Shown here piece by piece: positions 54,491 through 63,384 of a DNA stretch of 64,000 bases. The first letter of the stretch is position 1. The number at the start of each line of letters is the position of its first letter. The notes under the pieces were generated by a model. The model made no database searches and had not been told where the DNA came from. It saw only the letters and a program-made list of their open reading frames with translations. The DNA is taken from contig CANJLI010000001.1 in the NCBI GenBank assembly GCA_947475005.1, positions 130,819-194,818 on the forward strand. Direction: 5' to 3'. Both the position numbers and the translations under genes were made by a program. The DNA is from Deltaproteobacteria bacterium (GTDB lineage Bacteria > Bdellovibrionota_B > Oligoflexia > Oligoflexales > Bog-1112).

Positions 54491-56184
54491 TTAGTGCACT
54501 CTTCAAGTGCTTGAATTTCAAATATTTTGTATTTTTTTGAATTAAAACGAGGTCGACACTCTTTGAAAGAGTCCGCATGGTTTTGTTCAATAACAACCCA
54601 GTTTATTTTGTAACTTTTAGAAATTTCCACAAAGTTTTTTGGATTTAATGATTGATAATAATTCGCTTGTTTTTCTCCAATCCAACTACCCGCATTGTCT
54701 TTTATAGTAGCAGTATCTCCGCTGACAAGTTTTTTTCTTTTGCTATATTCATCAAAAAAATCTTCTGAAAATGGAAACCCATTTCCAAAAAAGACTGATC
54801 TTCCAGTTATTAGCGGAACAAAAACCCTCGTATCATCTACTGGTAGTATAAAAACATCTGCCTTACCAGAGGTGTTTTTTATAAATTCAAAGAACGGCTT
54901 ATCTTTTTCAATTATAAAATCAAAATTAGGTGGTTTTGACGCAAATAAAATTGCTAAAATCACCAAAAAAACGCCGCCACTTACTATTAAATATTTATTA
55001 AAAATAGTTGTTTTAAAGAGAACACTTTCAATTTTTTTAAAAAAATCTAATTTAGATAGTATTATCAAAATTGAAAGGAGAAAGAAAATAAATAATAGCC
55101 AAGGGCCGAATAGTGTAAAGCGGGACGGCCCTAATATAGCGATTAATTTGACAGGCCAAATCTCAATAAAAATATATTGAGCTAAGACAGATACACCATA
55201 CGCCACGGTTGCAGCTACTGAATTTTTATAAGCCTCGCAGTTTAATTTGTATAAAATAAAAGAGGTGATGATTAACCCGGATTGAACAATAAAAAATGAA
55301 ATAAACCATGGGAATCGGCTTAAAGAACCAAAATAAGTTGGTAAAAAATGTGAAGGGTGTGCCTCAATCACATAAATTTTGATAAATTCTTGAGCAGATA
55401 ATCCTACTCCTGCATCAAATATTATTTTGATACATAATGCAGAAAGCAGGCTAGGCAATAACCCAAATATGAGTAAAGACCGATTCTCTTTAATCGCATA
55501 ATATACTTTGCTATGCAAAATATATGCGAAAATTGATGTCAAAATGCAGGCAGCAGGGTGAATAATTCCCCCAAGAAATATAAGTAGAAAACCAATTGAA
55601 TGCTTCTCAAAAAAGAGGACACAAAAACCAAGTAGTGTTAAAGTGATAGATAGATTATGTGGCGTTGCCTCGAAATATAAAGGGCTCCACCACGCAACGC
55701 TTAATACTGCCCCCAATCTCCCTTGAAGGAGGAAGATTATGATTGGGGCAAAAATACACGCGAGAAGAAAAACAGCTTCTCTAGTTGTACTACTAGATTT
55801 TAAATATCTTTCTGATTGTACTCGAATTGATATTGCTATTGTAAAAGTCAATAAAAATGGAAACAAAACCAACAGAAAAGCTTTAATAACTCCAAGACCG
55901 CCTCCAAGCCCATTGGCAGAAAACTTTGTTACTATCCACAACAAATAGGTGAATGGGAACCTTGGATTTACTGTAGAGCTCGCATTGGTGAAAAAATCAG
56001 TAGAAAGACAGGTGCTGTCAAGCAAGCGACATATAGCGGGTAGATTATCCACAGCAGGCCAAGTGAGTGGAGTTGTGCCAAAATATAATAGATACATCCA
56101 TAATGCAGAAATGAGAGACACAGATAGTAAGAATTTTAAAGAATTTGAGGAGATTTTTTTTAAAAAATTTTTTTCCATTCTCAA
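54487..56184 (-). CDS. Polytopic membrane protein with C-terminal soluble domain (possible GT-C-type transferase or polymerase, family unknown)
   Basis: 565 aa. More than 12 hydrophobic segments, then a hydrophilic tail of about 150 aa. Overlapping stops/starts with its neighbours. Confidence 0.4.
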   Translation of the reverse strand: MRMEKNFLKKISSNSLKFLLSVSLISALWMYLLYFGTTPLTWPAVDNLPAICRLLDSTCLSTDFFTNASSTVNPRFPFTYLLWIVTKFSANGLGGGLGVIKAFLLVLFPFLLTFTIAISIRVQSERYLKSSSTTREAVFLLACIFAPIIIFLLQGRLGAVLSVAWWSPLYFEATPHNLSITLTLLGFCVLFFEKHSIGFLLIFLGGIIHPAACILTSIFAYILHSKVYYAIKENRSLLIFGLLPSLLSALCIKIIFDAGVGLSAQEFIKIYVIEAHPSHFLPTYFGSLSRFPWFISFFIVQSGLIITSFILYKLNCEAYKNSVAATVAYGVSVLAQYIFIEIWPVKLIAILGPSRFTLFGPWLLFIFFLLSILIILSKLDFFKKIESVLFKTTIFNKYLIVSGGVFLVILAILFASKPPNFDFIIEKDKPFFEFIKNTSGKADVFILPVDDTRVFVPLITGRSVFFGNGFPFSEDFFDEYSKRKKLVSGDTATIKDNAGSWIGEKQANYYQSLNPKNFVEISKSYKINWVVIEQNHADSFKECRPRFNSKKYKIFEIQALEECTK

Positions 56185-56186
56185 GA

Positions 56187-56894
56187 TTATTTCATTCCTT
56201 TTTTGATTCTTGATTTTAATTGAAAACTGAAGTCAAAGGTTCGCATAATAAACTTGCGCTTTTCATTCCAATTTACATTCCATCTCGAAATCCCGTGGAC
56301 GCGCTTCCCAAATAAAACTGGATATCGATATACAGGAATTTTAGAGTTTCGAGCTTGGAAATAAGCATACAGATCAAGAGAAAAATCATGCGGGGCATCC
56401 TGCCAGGCTTCAAAAAAAGAACGAGGAAATAGGGTAGGCTGCGCATTGATATCCCACATTCTTTTTCCAAGCAACACAGATTCAAAGACACTCATGCCTA
56501 TAGTAAAAATAGTGTCTGTAAAAGGTCGTCCATAACGACAGCCTTTTACAAAAACATTGGGGCCATATTTATCAAACAGTTTTAATCCATGGAGTACATC
56601 CTGTGGATCGGTTTGCATGTCTGCATGGGTCCAACCCAGAATTTCACCTTTTGCTGCCTGAAGGCCGCTAATAATCCCAAATCCATATCCTTTATTTTTT
56701 TCTACTCGAACGCTTCGACAGCCAGGATATTTTGGGAGAAGATTTAAAAGAACTTTCGGGCTGTTGTCGATCGAGCCGTTATCTACCAGAATGATTTCTA
56801 CATCGGGATAACGAATTACTTCTTTGCATCGCTCTAACAATAGTGGAATAGTATCCGCCTCATTGTAGCAAGGAATAATAAGAGAAAACCGCAT
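56187..56894 (-). CDS. Glycosyltransferase family 2
   Basis: 235 aa. FSLIIPCYNEADTIPLLL, VDNGSIDNS, WTHADMQ. Confidence 0.75.
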   Translation of the reverse strand: MRFSLIIPCYNEADTIPLLLERCKEVIRYPDVEIILVDNGSIDNSPKVLLNLLPKYPGCRSVRVEKNKGYGFGIISGLQAAKGEILGWTHADMQTDPQDVLHGLKLFDKYGPNVFVKGCRYGRPFTDTIFTIGMSVFESVLLGKRMWDINAQPTLFPRSFFEAWQDAPHDFSLDLYAYFQARNSKIPVYRYPVLFGKRVHGISRWNVNWNEKRKFIMRTFDFSFQLKSRIKKGMK

Positions 56895-57011
56895 ATTTTA
56901 GCCTAATTTTCTGATTGTAACAAATCTACCTACGGCAAATATATTGAAAGGTAAAAAAATTTATTTTTTATAAATTTCCTGTCTACAATTTTTTATCTAC
57001 AACGAATTTCC

Positions 57012-58625
57012 CTAGAGCATTTTTTTTTGAACCCGACTATCTAATTCCAATCGGTATGGATGCCCACTCCATTTATGAAAACATGCCTGCCAATATTCAA
57101 ACGTACGTAAATCATTGGGTGTGCCCCAAGATAAAAAACTATCCACCTCGAACAAATGGCAGCGAAGTCCAAGGGCGAGGGCATCATTAATACAGGAGTC
57201 AATATAATACTCACCATTGACTCGCCCGTCTCTAGCAATAAGATGAGCAACAACCTGATGGAAATCCTCGGCGCGACGGAATGTAAAAGTTCCGATAACA
57301 ATAGGATCAGTTGTGGGAGATTCTAGAGGTGTTTTTACAGAAATTCTGCGAATGCGACCCTCTTTTGCATCGATCCATCCAAACATTTGAGGATGACGTA
57401 CTGCATTGGCATGACCTCGAACGCCCCAAACAATCACATCTATATCTGGGTTATCGATCAACCGCTGGAAAGCTTTGGCATCATAGAGAGCTCCATTGTC
57501 ACAAGCACCAAAGGTAATGGGTCCTTCAGTATACCCAATCATTTGTTCCAACGCTTCTAATCCGATGAGTGCCGTACACGCCTGACCCTTCGTAACTGCT
57601 GGGATGGTTTTGATTATGGCTGCTGGATAAATATTTTTAAGTTCATCTGTAATTTCTTGATATCCTGGCATATCACTTCTTAAAACGAAAGCATGATGAA
57701 CCGCTACCGGCAGATCATGCGTGGCTTGAGTCACCATGGGCTTTCCTGAGACAGGAATTAGCGGTTTTGTTATTCGATATCCTTCATTCACAAATCTTTG
57801 CCCCAATCCTGCCATGGGAATTACCAGAGCCCCTTTTGAAGGAATAACTTCAGTTTCTGCTACGAGCAAATGCTGAAAAGCTTCAGACCAACCTTTATAT
57901 TCAGCCACATCTTCAGGAGTACCCCACTGCATGAAATGTTGCAGAGGATAAACAGCGACTGGCTCTTTTTTTGCGAGCAGGGGTTTATAAGCAAGACTGA
58001 CATAATATTCACCGCCCACATTTAGCCCTTGATCCATCGTGACCTGAAAGGCCTCACTCATGATTTTTCCTGAGGCGAAGTAGTATGTCCCGCTAGAGGC
58101 ATATTCCTCCATGCGATTATCTGTATAAGGTTGTTTTTCTTGGATGTCTAGAAGCAACCCGTTTGATTCACGCATGTAGGCATAGTTGGTGCTGCCAAGC
58201 GTATGAGGATGAAACCCTTTATATGCAGGAATTGCACCCATGCATGCATTTTTGGCAACAAATGCCTTAAAATCTTCCCAGTCCCAATCGCACGTAAAGT
58301 CGCAGTAGTTGACCACCACTGGCTTATTGAAATTAATCAAATGCTCCACTTTTCGCACGGCATGAATTGGGCCTAACTTATGAGGCGGGATACCGACGAT
58401 TCGGCCTGTTGGGCAGAGGGCTTGAAGGATTGTTTTCATGCCATAGCGAGGAGTATCTAAGTGGTTTTGGTTACAAATGAAAATGAAATCCAATTCGCCC
58501 GGAAACATGTCAATAACATGCGCGATAATCGGCTTCCCGTCTATTTCGATGAGTGGCTTGGGTACTGTGTACCCCGCCCGGCGGAAACGCTCGCCGAAGC
58601 CCGACATCGGAATAACAATCTGCAT
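57012..58625 (-). CDS. Tandem-duplicated sugar-phosphate nucleotidyltransferase-fold protein
   Basis: 537 aa. Two NTP-transferase N-termini: MQIVIPMSGFGERFRRAGYTVPKPLIEIDGKPII (res 1-34) and LVIPMAGLGQRFVNEGYRITKPLIPVSGKPMV (around res 270). Confidence 0.65.
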   Translation of the reverse strand: MQIVIPMSGFGERFRRAGYTVPKPLIEIDGKPIIAHVIDMFPGELDFIFICNQNHLDTPRYGMKTILQALCPTGRIVGIPPHKLGPIHAVRKVEHLINFNKPVVVNYCDFTCDWDWEDFKAFVAKNACMGAIPAYKGFHPHTLGSTNYAYMRESNGLLLDIQEKQPYTDNRMEEYASSGTYYFASGKIMSEAFQVTMDQGLNVGGEYYVSLAYKPLLAKKEPVAVYPLQHFMQWGTPEDVAEYKGWSEAFQHLLVAETEVIPSKGALVIPMAGLGQRFVNEGYRITKPLIPVSGKPMVTQATHDLPVAVHHAFVLRSDMPGYQEITDELKNIYPAAIIKTIPAVTKGQACTALIGLEALEQMIGYTEGPITFGACDNGALYDAKAFQRLIDNPDIDVIVWGVRGHANAVRHPQMFGWIDAKEGRIRRISVKTPLESPTTDPIVIGTFTFRRAEDFHQVVAHLIARDGRVNGEYYIDSCINDALALGLRCHLFEVDSFLSWGTPNDLRTFEYWQACFHKWSGHPYRLELDSRVQKKML

Positions 58626-58709
58626 ATAATATCCCTAGATCTGGTAGATCTGTCAAATGTACTAAAATCTAAAACTAGCCCCGTCATTTCCTTTCAGGGA
58701 ACGAGAGGG

Positions 58710-59441
58710 CTAGTTTTTAACAAACAAAATATCGCATTGCAATATTCGCCCCGTTTCTGGCGAACAAAAAGCTGGGTATAAAGCAAATACAGAGAATCCT
58801 TCATTCTCTAACCGCGCCACAATATCTTTCCATAATTTTGTCCCCTCGTATAAGGGTTCTAAAGATACCTCTAATTGTATCGCTCGAGCTAAGCGCATAA
58901 TTTTTTGTGCGCCATCTAAAACTTCCCATTCAAATCCTTGGGTATCAATCTTGATAAAAATATTTTTAAACTCCTGCGCTGCCTCTAGAGCAACCGAATC
59001 AAGAGTTTCTATTCGAACCCGCTCTGTGGCTATATAGGCGGAAGTTGGAGCAGATTCGACATGTAATTTCATTATCGATAAAATGGAACTGCTCACAGAA
59101 TTGGCTGAAATATTAATATCAACAAAACCCTTATAGGATCCAATGGCACATTTATCATATATCGTCCAAAGAGAGTCATTTTTCGAATTTTCAAGCAAAG
59201 AATCATATGCCGCAGAAAGTGGTTCATATGAGATTATTTTCCCCTTATAACCATTCTCTCTTATCCCCCGCGAAAACTGCCCTATATTTGCTCCAACATC
59301 TAAAATCAAATCAATCTCATATTTACATATAAATTTTTCTAACATGGCACATGGCGAATGTTCGGGAACAAAAGTTTGTAAAACAAACCCCTTTTTTTTT
59401 AAAATCCATTTAATCCATTTTTTCATACTCGATAGCATCAT
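58710..59441 (-). CDS. FkbM-family methyltransferase
   Basis: 243 aa. ILDVGANIGQFS motif. Contains an A10 tract in codons 14-17. Confidence 0.7.
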   Translation of the reverse strand: MMLSSMKKWIKWILKKKGFVLQTFVPEHSPCAMLEKFICKYEIDLILDVGANIGQFSRGIRENGYKGKIISYEPLSAAYDSLLENSKNDSLWTIYDKCAIGSYKGFVDINISANSVSSSILSIMKLHVESAPTSAYIATERVRIETLDSVALEAAQEFKNIFIKIDTQGFEWEVLDGAQKIMRLARAIQLEVSLEPLYEGTKLWKDIVARLENEGFSVFALYPAFCSPETGRILQCDILFVKN

Positions 59442-59749
59442 AAAAACAGTCCCTCTTCCGAAGATTCCCAGCTAAGAAACACCCTCAACCTGGTATCTGT
59501 CGGATAATAACATGGCATCATCTGCACTTCTAGTTTATAGATAAAAATAGGTCAAATTTAAGAGCCGTCGTCAGTCAATTTAAAATTGATAAAAAAGTAG
59601 TTACTTTTGTTCTCGCATAACAAAAGAGAGTTTATACCCCCTGCATTTTTTCTTTACCCAGACCCTAAAGGACCGAGCTTGATCGTACAGCTTGCCTTGA
59701 GCATCTCTTTATGGCGACTATTATATCTGCTACTTTTGAGAGAAATACC

Positions 59750-61342
59750 ATGTATTACATTATTGGTTCTGGGCCTGCTGGAGTTTCTTGTGCTCTTGGT
59801 CTTTTAGAGAATGGCTGCGATGTTACTCTAATTGATGCAGGCAATAATTTAGAATTTGATCGACAATTTCTGATTGAGGAAATGGCCACACTTGAGCCAG
59901 AGGAGTGGCCCACCTCTCTTAAGAGAGACCAAAGACAACATCAAACAGCCCGACTTTCTGGGGTTGATCTAAAATTAGCATATGGATCCTCGTATCCTTA
60001 CGATATCCCTAAAAATTGGGAGAAAAAGCCAATCACAATAACTAAGGACTCCGGACTGCTACCGTCATACTGTAAAGGTGGATTTAGTTCCGTTTGGGGC
60101 GCTTCCATACTGCCTTACACAGCTGCAGATACAAAAGAGTGGCCATTTCCTATTTCTGAACTGTCCCCACACTATAAGGCGATATTAGATTGGATCAGCT
60201 TTTCAGCCTGCAAGGATGCACTTGAAGACAAATTTCCTTTATTTTCAACTAACTACAAAAACATAGGGCTTAGCCGGCAGGCTGAAAATATTTATACACA
60301 AATGGGAAAAAACCGCGCCGCATTACAAGAAGCCGGCATTTTTTTTGGCCAATCTCGCCTTGCTCTGCAGCAATTCGAACAAAATTGTCGAAACTGTGGG
60401 TCTTGTATGCATGGGTGTCCATATGGAATTATTTATTCATCCATGAGTAGCATAAAAAATTTGTTAAAAAGATTTTCAAATTTTGACTATTGCCCCGGCT
60501 GGATAGTTGAAACTCTCAAGGAGAGTGGAAATAAAGTCACCATCAATTTTGCAAATGCGGGACCATCCGTTCCAAGCTCTGTTCAAGCTTCTAAAGTTTT
60601 CATCGCTGCGGGTGTAATTCCTACAGCTCACCTAATTCTACAATCTCTAGGATTAGAAAATCACACAATTAAAATTTTAGACAGTCAATATTTCTTAATG
60701 CCTATATTACAAAAGGCTCGCTATAAGAATATAAGCAACGATCGATTAAATACATTATCTCAAATTTTTATTGAGATCTTTGACTCAGAAATCTCACAGA
60801 ATGGCATTCATCTTCAGTTATATTCTTATAACGACCTATATTGGCACCCTTTTTCCAAATTTGGCGCCCTATCTCCACTAATTTGTTCTTTTGCCAAACC
60901 TTGGGTAGAGCGATTAAATGTTATTCAGGGGTACCTCCACTCAAGTGACTCAGGGTACTTAAATCTTACCCTAAAAAAAGACTCTTGTTCAAAACAATAT
61001 TTCTATTTAGAAGGTATCCAGAACAAAAAAAGCAAAATTTTTATTAAAAAGATTCAAATTAAGTTAAAAAGAGAAGAAAAAAAATTTGGATTTTCCCCCA
61101 TGACACCTTCGAAAATTCTAACATCAATTGGGTTGCCTGGACGTGGCTTCCATGCTGGAGGAAGTTTTCCAATGTCTAACGATCCTAAATTATTAGAATG
61201 TGGACGAGATGGAAGATTAAATGGGTTTCGAAATGTTCATTTAGTAGATGCCTCAATTTTACCGTCCATTCCATCCACAACCATTACTTTGAGTGTAATG
61301 GCAAATGCCCATCGAATTGCAACAGAGGTTGCTCATTCATGA
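59750..61342 (+). CDS. FAD-dependent GMC-type oxidoreductase
   Basis: MYYIIGSGPAGVSCALGLLENGCDVTLIDAG Rossmann motif. CRNCGSCMHGCPYG Cys cluster common in GMC family members. Start moved to the ATG at 59750. Confidence 0.65.
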   Translation: MYYIIGSGPAGVSCALGLLENGCDVTLIDAGNNLEFDRQFLIEEMATLEPEEWPTSLKRDQRQHQTARLSGVDLKLAYGSSYPYDIPKNWEKKPITITKDSGLLPSYCKGGFSSVWGASILPYTAADTKEWPFPISELSPHYKAILDWISFSACKDALEDKFPLFSTNYKNIGLSRQAENIYTQMGKNRAALQEAGIFFGQSRLALQQFEQNCRNCGSCMHGCPYGIIYSSMSSIKNLLKRFSNFDYCPGWIVETLKESGNKVTINFANAGPSVPSSVQASKVFIAAGVIPTAHLILQSLGLENHTIKILDSQYFLMPILQKARYKNISNDRLNTLSQIFIEIFDSEISQNGIHLQLYSYNDLYWHPFSKFGALSPLICSFAKPWVERLNVIQGYLHSSDSGYLNLTLKKDSCSKQYFYLEGIQNKKSKIFIKKIQIKLKREEKKFGFSPMTPSKILTSIGLPGRGFHAGGSFPMSNDPKLLECGRDGRLNGFRNVHLVDASILPSIPSTTITLSVMANAHRIATEVAHS

Positions 61343-62181
61343 AAAAATTTATTTGTGCAATCACAGGGACAAATGGTTATCTAGGGTCGAAAATTCAGAA
61401 TTTTTTAGAGAAAAATGGGTGTAAGGTTTTTAGCCTCAACCGTCGAGATAAAAGAAATCCATTTATCCTTGGAGAAACCAACATAGATAAAAAATGGTTT
61501 TCTGATAATAAAATTGAAGTTCTTATTCACTGTGCCTATGATTTTAGCGTAATAGACTGGAATTGTATTCATACTCGTAATGTAGTAGGCTCTATTTCAT
61601 TACTGAACACCGCTGCAGAATCAGGTGTTAAAAAACTTATTTTTATATCCAGCATGAGCGCTTATGAGGGGTGTCATTCACTATATGGTCAGGCAAAATT
61701 AGAAGTTGAAAAAAAAGTACTGGAATTAAAAGGGTGGGTCTTACGCCCCGGTCTTATTGTTGGAAAACAAGCGGCTGGGATTGTCGGAAGTATGCAAAAG
61801 CTAATTAAACTAACCCCAATAATACCCTTGATTGGTTCGGGAAACCAAATTCTTTACCTCTCCCATGAAAATGATTTAATTGCTTCTATATATCAAACAG
61901 TCAAATCAAGTGAAGAAGCCCCATTTTTTTCTATTACGACAGCAAATGCGACCCCCCGAACTTTTAAAGAAATCTTGATCATGTTGGCACAACAACATGG
62001 TCGATCTCCTATATTGATACCCTTGCCTTGGAGAGCGGTATGGTTTTTATTTAAAATTATGGAAATATTTAAGTTTTCGCTTAGTTTTCGAAGCGATAGT
62101 ATTATAAGCTTAATGTATCAGAACCCATCGCCTGATTTTTCTAAGGAAATTGTTTTTTTTCGGGATTGTAAAAAATTATAA
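61339..62181 (+). CDS. NAD-dependent epimerase/dehydratase (extended SDR)
   Basis: MKKFICAITGTNGYLGSKI (TGxxGxxG) and YGQAK (YxxxK). ATGA overlap with the oxidoreductase stop. Confidence 0.7.
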   Translation: MKKFICAITGTNGYLGSKIQNFLEKNGCKVFSLNRRDKRNPFILGETNIDKKWFSDNKIEVLIHCAYDFSVIDWNCIHTRNVVGSISLLNTAAESGVKKLIFISSMSAYEGCHSLYGQAKLEVEKKVLELKGWVLRPGLIVGKQAAGIVGSMQKLIKLTPIIPLIGSGNQILYLSHENDLIASIYQTVKSSEEAPFFSITTANATPRTFKEILIMLAQQHGRSPILIPLPWRAVWFLFKIMEIFKFSLSFRSDSIISLMYQNPSPDFSKEIVFFRDCKKL

Positions 62182-62195
62182 CTTTACAATCGCTT

Positions 62196-63344
62196 CTATT
62201 TCGTCGCTATTTTTTGCATTTCTACAAAAAGTGCAGAAAATGCAAGTTGCGCTCCTAAAATTACCATAAAACACGCAAGCAACAAATACCGCAGTAAAAT
62301 AGAAGCATTCATGGGGCCAAAGTCTTTTTCAATCCATTGCAGCAATGAAAAAAGGCCGATCAAAAAACCACCTATAATTAGAATCACAGCTGTTAGCAAA
62401 AACCTTTCGAAAGTATAAATCTTTTTTATTGCCTCATCTACAAATGAACGTTGATAAAATATCCCATTTTCTGAGGCATATGATTTTGTAATTAAAGTAA
62501 ATGTAAGAGCCTGCATTCCCATGCAGAGAAAAGAAAAAGAAGCTAATAGAGATCCTAAATCTAAGCTAATATTACCCAAAAATAGAGGGCCCCTTAACAG
62601 CAAACAAGAAAAAAGCATCCCCAATAAACAGAATATAAATCCAGGATATGAAAAAGACCATGCAGGGGCATGGAGAAACATAAGAACAAGATGTTTCCAT
62701 CCATCTTTCCATGGTCGAAGATGAGAAGATTTCCCCCTGCCATCAGGATACAAGACGATAGGGACTTCCGTAATTTTTAATTTCGACAGCTTTGCTTTTA
62801 TTAACATTTCTGAAGCAAATTCCATTCCATCTGAAAGCAATGATAGCTGAGAATAAGCTTCTTTTCTAAATCCACGCAGCCCACAATGAAAATCACGGCA
62901 GGGAATATCAAATAGCATCCTCCCAATCCAGGTTAAAATCGGATTTCCAATATACCTATTTTTCCAAGGCATCGCCCCAGGCTGAATCCCTCCCTGAAAT
63001 CGATTACCAATGACAAAATCATAGCCTTCGATAAGTTTAAAAAATATGCCTGACACTTCTAAGAAATTATAAGAATCATCAGAATCACCCATAATAATAT
63101 ATTTTCCACGCGCTGCATGAATCGCCCCTTTAAGTGCAGCACCATAACCTTTTTTAGAAATATGAATGATACTTGCGCCTAAAGATTCCGCAATTTTAAT
63201 TGAATTATCATTCGATCCATTATCCCCAACGATAATTTCTCCAATTATTTTATTTTTTTTAAAAAATTCATTTGCTTTTTCTATACAAATGCCAATTGTT
63301 TTTTCTTCGTTAAGACAAGGCATAACAATAGAGAGCTGTATCAT
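62196..63344 (-). CDS. GT2 glycosyltransferase with C-terminal TM helices (polyprenyl-phosphate sugar synthase type, ArnC/GtrB-like)
   Basis: 382 aa. LSIVMPCLNEEKTI, VGDNGSNDNS, MGDSDDSY, then about 4 TM segments. Confidence 0.7.
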   Translation of the reverse strand: MIQLSIVMPCLNEEKTIGICIEKANEFFKKNKIIGEIIVGDNGSNDNSIKIAESLGASIIHISKKGYGAALKGAIHAARGKYIIMGDSDDSYNFLEVSGIFFKLIEGYDFVIGNRFQGGIQPGAMPWKNRYIGNPILTWIGRMLFDIPCRDFHCGLRGFRKEAYSQLSLLSDGMEFASEMLIKAKLSKLKITEVPIVLYPDGRGKSSHLRPWKDGWKHLVLMFLHAPAWSFSYPGFIFCLLGMLFSCLLLRGPLFLGNISLDLGSLLASFSFLCMGMQALTFTLITKSYASENGIFYQRSFVDEAIKKIYTFERFLLTAVILIIGGFLIGLFSLLQWIEKDFGPMNASILLRYLLLACFMVILGAQLAFSALFVEMQKIATK

Positions 63345-63384
63345 GTAATAAATTCTTTAAGCCAAATGGTTTTTAATTTTCAAT

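Noticed and set aside
54695-55180. 161-aa plus-strand ORF antisense to the 565-aa membrane protein gene
   Set aside because: It is a lysine/serine-rich translation of AT-rich antisense sequence and breaks the tightly overlapped minus-strand operon.
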